Source of the DNA: Octopus bimaculoides
Lineage: Eukaryota
Assembly (NCBI RefSeq): GCF_001194135.2
Contig: NC_068988.1
Span: forward strand, 92,822,002 to 92,878,258
Direction: 5' to 3'
DNA: 56,257 bases
Under the pieces are notes generated by a model. That model was not told the origin of the DNA, did no database searches, and saw only the letters and a program-made list of their open reading frames with translations. Positions within the stretch are counted from its first letter, which is position 1; every line of letters starts with the position of its first letter. A program made the position numbers and the translations under genes. Below, in pieces: positions 50,576 to 56,257 of the stretch.

Positions 50576-51543
50576 CTGTTCTGAGTTTAATTTCTGCCGT
50601 GAACGACTTTGCCTTTTATCCCTTTCGAGGTCGATAAAATAAGTACCAATTGGGCAGAGGTCGATGTAATCGGATAACTCCCTCTCAACAAATTTCAGGC
50701 CACGTAACTGTATTAAAAAATATATGTATATGTATATATGTATGTATGTATATATATANNNNNNNNNNNNNNNNNNNNNNNNNNNNNNNNNNNNNNNNNN
50801 NNNNNNNNNNNNNNNNNNNNNNNNNNNNNNNNNNNNNNNNNNNNNNNNNNNNNNNNNNNNNNNNNNNNNNNNNNNNNNNNNNNNNNNNNNNNNNNNNNNN
50901 NNNNNNNNNNNNNNNNNNNNNNNNNNNNNNNNNNNNNNNNNNNNNNNNNNNNNNNNNNNNNNNNNNNNNNNNNNNNNNNNNNNNNNNNNNNNNNNNNNNN
51001 NNNNNNNNNNNNNNNNNNNNNNNNNNNNNNNNNNNNNNNNNNNNNNNNNNNNNNNNNNNNNNNNNNNNNNNNNNNNNNNNNNNNNNNNNNNNNNNNNNNN
51101 NNNNNNNNNNNNNNNNNNNNNNNNNNNNNNNNNNNNNNNNNNNNNNNNNNNNNNNNNNNNNNNNNNNNNNNNNNNNNNNNNNNNNNNNNNNNNNNNNNNN
51201 NNNNNNNNNNNNNNNNNNNNNNNNNNNNNNNNNNNNNNNNNNNNNNNNNNNNNNNNNNNNNNNNNNNNNNNNNNNNNNNNNNNNNNNNNNNNNNNNNNNN
51301 NNNNNNNNNNNNNNNNNNNNNNNNNNNNNNNNNNNNNNNNNNNNNNNNNNNNNNNNNNNNNNNNNNNNNNNNNNNNNNNNNNNNNNNNNNNNNNNNNNNN
51401 NNNNNNNNNNNNNNNNNNNNNNNNNNNNNNNNNNNNNNNNNNNNNNNNNNNNNNNNNNNNNNNNNNNNNNNNNNNNNNNNNNNNNNNNNNNNNNNNNNNN
51501 NNNNNNNNNNNNNNNNNNNNNNNNNNNNNNNNNNNNNNNNNNN

Positions 51544-52395
51544 CTGCAACGGCCACACCGAACTCATCTCCAGATATCTTGACTGTGTCCTTTCTCCCTA
51601 GTGGTTTCCCTCCCCTCTCACATCCATGACTCCAACCTCGCGCTTCGTTTGTTCAAAATTCTTTCTCCTTCTCTCCTGGCCCCTCTAAACTTCTCTTCAC
51701 TCTCGACATCCAGAGCTTTTACACAGTAATCCCTCACCACGAGGGGCTGAGCGCACTCCAACATTTCCTTGACCTTCGACCTAACCCCCAACCCGACACA
51801 TCCACACTCGTTCGTCTGGCCGAACTTGTCCTCTCACTCAACGAGAATGGGCCTCTACTATGCGAACCTGTTCGTTGGCTACATTGAGGCTCAAATATTT
51901 TCAAGATTCACTGGTCCCACTCCCGAACTATACGGTCGTTATATTGACGACTGTATCGGTGCGACCTCACTCTCTCGCGAACATCTAGACTCCTTCCTCT
52001 CTTTTGTCAAATCTTTCCAACCTGCCTTCCACTTCTCCTGCACTATCTCTGACTCCTCTGTCTCCTTTCTTGACATTTCGGTCAGCATTCATTACTCCAC
52101 TCTCACCACCTCCATCAACTACAAACACACAGACTCACACTCATACCTCAACTTCTCCTCCTCCTCCCACCTTAAACACACCAAGCTTTCCATCCCCTAT
52201 TCCTAATTCCTCTGTCTACGCAGGCTCCGTCGTGACGACCATGACTTTGAGACTCAGTCTCAATTCATGGCTCGCCACTTTATCCTACGTGGATATCCCC
52301 TCACCACTATCCACATCGCCCTTGCTAGAGCACGTTCCGTGGATCGTGTATCTGCTCTCTCCTCCCGCACCCGTCCCGCCGTCTCCCGTCTCTCG
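51544..52395 (+). mobile_element. Penelope-like RT fragment (same family as 28000-29900)
   Basis: TELISRYLDCVLSP, LFTLDIQSFYTVIPH, YANLFVGYIE..YGRYIDDCIG, FLDISVSI..HSYLNFSSS. Confidence 0.9.
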
Positions 52396-53170
52396 TGTGA
52401 ATATTTCTTGTGGAAATATCCCCCTCCCACCAAACTTCTTTTTTTCTTTTTACATAAGTGAGATATATTTTCTGCAATCAACCTTTTCTTTTTTTACAAT
52501 ATGGCTATCTTTCTTCTTCACGCGTAACCTGGTGGTGCCTTACGCATGCGCAGACGGACTAGCTTCGCTTTGAATTTCCCGCTCGCCGCCATTACTATAA
52601 AATTTGGTCTTGCTACAAGTTATACCGTTCACTGGAAGTTTTTACTGGATTAAGAGAAGAATAAAATAGAAACAAAACGTGGATCAATTCTTTTTTATAG
52701 TTATACTTGTGATTTCTTTTCTGTGAGAACTGCTCACCATATTTTGCAGATCGGTGCGACCAGTATGAATCACTTTACGTTACCATCCTTCAGTGGTGAT
52801 GTTAGAATTTGGTTCGCTGAATTGGAGGAGTATTTTGCTGCGAGTTACATGAACTCGGAGCAGGAACAGCTACACATTTTGTTAAGCGTCATTCCTTCTT
52901 CCTTGGCGGAAAATTTGTAGCAGATTAGATAACACGAACATTGCAGCTATTTTTATAACGCAATACGTGAACAAGATGTCAGGCAAAATAATGCATTGGA
53001 ACTCACATTTCAAAGGCTAAATTTGTCGAGTAAAGGGAGATCATTATAGCTGATTATCTTAATGGTTATTTCCCTTGTGTTGCATGCGTTGCAAATAACT
53101 TGCGACTTAGATGAGCAAATGATTTTGTGTATATGCCATACATTAGGAAGAAGCCACCGTTGTGCCGATT
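52396..53170 (+). mobile_element. Gypsy-like LTR + gag N-terminal remnant interrupting the Penelope RT
   Basis: Abrupt switch at TGTGAATAT, AATAAA at ~52660, PBS-like cggtgcgacc, then MNHFTLPSFSGDVRIWFAELEEYF (gag-like LP.F...WF..E..F). Confidence 0.6.
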
Positions 53171-54089
53171 CACAATAATTTATTGCAGTTTCTCGACCAT
53201 TTTTACCTATAGAACCCCTTTGATTCTTATTTTAATCAAATGGCCCTTCCTAACCATTCGATGTTAAAAAAAAAAACCTATTATATTTTTTCAGAATTAA
53301 ATATTTATTTCTTTATTGCCCTCAAGAGGCTAAACATAAAGGGGACAAACGAGGACAGTCAAAGGGATTAAGTCGATTTCATCGACCCCAATGTGTAACT
53401 GGTACTTATTTAATCGATCACACACACACACACATATATATAGTTCTACATACACCCAAATACACATACGCACACGCACGTATATTCTTAGCTGTTGCGG
53501 ACACAACGTTTCGATGTTTCGGTGGTCGTTCTGTGACTTTTACATTCGGTTATGTTCTCAAATTGGAAGGAAGCTGTATCCCTTCATGTAATGTACGGTG
53601 TAAATTCATTTGTTGTAATCCAATAATACATGGTCAATTATGGCACATAACCGGTTACAAAAGTGATCATTGGTTCGAAACCCAGTCTTCGTTGTTTACG
53701 GACAAGTATGTCTGATGAGGCATCTATATTACACCAGATTTAATAATAGGCGCAAAACCAATGATAATGTTTTGGCTGGTTTTATTTTACTTCTATTATG
53801 ACCGGGTTCCAACCCGGGCCTTCTCGGACCTTTCAATAGCTTAGTATTGACATAGGTCGCATACTCCTGCTGTAAATTGCATTTCCCCATTAGTGGAGAC
53901 CTCTTTCTAACATATTGGATGTCCACCTAGTGGTCATCCTTTATACACGTGTAATACAATTCTTTTCTGAATTTTCAGATTTTTTTATATGCCAGGCCAC
54001 TTGGTTTTAAACTGAATTAATATATATGTATATATATATAATCAAAATAAGCAACAAGGATATCCAAAGTTAATGCAGTACGATCGTTT

Positions 54090-54462
54090 CATGCGGCTCC
54101 ATTTATTTAAGCAATGTGAACTCGCGGTCGTATGATCACGGCTTCGATTCGCAGACCGGGCGTTGTAAGTGCTTATTGTGCGAAAACACTTAAAGCTCCA
54201 CGAGGCTCCGGCAGTGGGTAGTGGCGAATTATGCTGTACTCTTTCACCACAACTTTTTCTCACTCTTTCTTCCTGTTTCTTTTATACCTATATATCAAAA
54301 GGTCAGCTTTGTTACACTCTGTGTCACGCTGAATCTCCCTGAGAATTACATTAATGGTACACATGTCTGTGGAGTGCTCAGCCACTTGCACGTTAGTTTC
54401 ACGAGCAGGTTGTTCCGTTGATCGTATCAATTGGAACCCTCGTCGTCGCAAGCGATGGAGTT
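54090..54462 (+). mobile_element. Second copy of the 919-1306 SINE family
   Basis: aaagctccacgaggctccgg...ctgtactctttcaccacaact...ggaaccctcg.cgtcg.aagcga.ggag shared. Confidence 0.85.
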
Positions 54463-54547
54463 NNNNNNNNNNNNNNNNNNNNNNNNNNNNNNNNNNNNNN
54501 NNNNNNNNNNNNNNNNNNNNNNNNNNNNNNNNNNNNNNNNNNNNNNN

Positions 54548-54646
<99 letters not shown>

Positions 54647-56028
54647 AAACTATATATGTAAGCTAACTGTACAGTGGTGTCGCTGGTGAACGCATAGAAA
54701 TGTGAGATGTGAAGGAGTGGCGAGAGATAGGAGTTAGGAATTCAGAAGAACGATGTTCTATTGGAACGTATCCATCTAGTTGGTTTCGGAGCCTTCATTC
54801 CCCAGGCATTACTTATATGACAATGAGTGAATCGAAACTCTAAGCAGTTGCTCAAATTATTAGAAAATACAACCAAATCTTTACCATATCACACTTCATG
54901 ATTTTAGAACTCATCTGGATAATTTGGCTTTTATTGAACACCGTTTGCAAACAAAGGCAAATGATAATGGCTGCAAGTTTGGGGATGTAAAAGGTTACTT
55001 AATCCTGGCTCCAACCAACCTGCTGTTAAACCACAATAACAAAAACACTAGACTTCCAAGATCCTAAGCTGTCTTCTGTTACAATGGTATACATTTCTCT
55101 GAGCTTGCTATCAGTTGCCCTTCATTACAAATCCTGCAATAACTTTTATTCATTTTTTTTTTAATTAGTGACATGTTTAAACTTTGTAAGGTAAATGAAC
55201 ATGCATGAAACCAGCCTTAATATATAACTTAGGCACCTCTATGGATCGAAGCTAAATCAAAGTGTATGTGGTCCTGGCCAGATCCTAACGCAGAGGTCAA
55301 GGTAAAGAATACTTTGAAGAAGATTGTTCCCAAAGTGGAATGAGAATTTGAGATGTTCATGCCTTTCTCGGAGAACATTATCGACATTTACACTAATCCA
55401 AAATACAACCCTAATCACACCTTCATTTCATCATGATATTTACTTCCTACAATTATCTCTTATCTCTGACCACTCCTCTTTCAAGAGCCTTAATAATAAT
55501 TGATGTAGTACAAAATACAAATAAGCAAACTGACAGCTATCAATCTATTGCGAAGTCAGAATCCATTTCTTTTGTTCACCAAGTGTATAAATACACGGGG
55601 CTTGTTTCAAGTAATTTATTTGCGTAGGTCTGTGGAAAGAAGTGAATATTGATCGGAAAACGAAGCTTATGATAAAACTGATATTACATTTATTTATATC
55701 AAAACTCTCTGAAGAGAAAGAAAAACCGTGTTCAAGAAAACTAAAATACCCTGACAACAACTAGATTTAGTGATGCTCACAAATCTTTACAAAAGTGAAA
55801 AAGAATTGACGATATTGTTTTAAGAAGATATCTTTTTCGAATTCAGTGTTAAATCAATTGGTTTCATCGATCTGTGTCAGAACAACGATAAAACAAAAAC
55901 AAAAATAACCCCGTTTACTGAAACTGGAAAAAAAGCATCAAGTGGCGGATCTTGTTTATAGGGAGACACCTTTGTTTCAGCGAATTCCAAGTAAAAGTGA
56001 ATATTACACAGCAACTCTATAACAGTCA

Positions 56029-56257
56029 TCTATATATATAAAAATGAGAATGTGTGTCTGTCTGTCTGTCTGTCTGTGTGAATCCCTAAAACTCGAGAAC
56101 TACGCAACCAATTTCATTCAAATTTTACACATGCCTTACTTAGGGTTCCAGTTGTGTTTTAGTCAAAAAAAATTATTAACTTCTTGCAGAGTTCGAGCAC
56201 ACGGCAACATAATATCTCCTCCACTATTTAAGTATTACGTGTCAAAAGTGAAACCAA
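56029..56257 (+). mobile_element. 5' part of a non-autonomous Helitron-like element; runs off the window
   Basis: A|TCTATATATATAAAA start followed by (GTCT)n, an architecture known from Lep1-type Helitrons. Confidence 0.55.

Noticed and set aside
53705-53765. CTGATGA-containing hammerhead-like motif
   Set aside because: No intact GAAA, and helices I and III are not convincing.
55576-55632. Possible minus-strand terminal exon (ttctttccacAG then TYANKLLETSPVYLYTW-stop)
   Set aside because: A good acceptor but only 17 codons, unrecognised; cannot be supported without transcript data.

Overview
AT-rich, microsatellite-saturated animal genomic DNA from a gapped scaffold (14 N-runs). The SINE, LINE and Penelope repertoire and TTAGGG repeats point to an octopus (inference). 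The only well-supported host gene is an ANL-superfamily adenylate-forming enzyme (acyl-CoA synthetase/luciferase-like) on the + strand with an unusual layout. One 146-nt coding first exon (24382-24527, not in the ORF track) is followed by three tandem paralogues of a ~1.46-kb terminal exon (26157-27615, 37261-38725, 45633->46923). Each has its own same-phase splice acceptor; copies 1 and 2 also show their own stop and AATAAA, while the end of copy 3 is in a gap. No second first-exon copy is visible, so the locus looks like one gene with a cassette of alternative last exons. The copies differ mainly in the substrate-pocket segment and in a C-terminal peroxisomal-signal-like tripeptide. The rest is transposon debris: R4/Dong and RTE LINEs, several Penelope-like fragments with hammerhead-ribozyme-like motifs, tRNA-derived SINEs, mariner derivatives, a Merlin-like MITE with a telomeric palindrome at its centre, a foldback element, LTR remnants and Helitron-like ends. 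Most short ORFs in the track are microsatellite or N-gap artefacts. Percentages are manual estimates; no searches were run.
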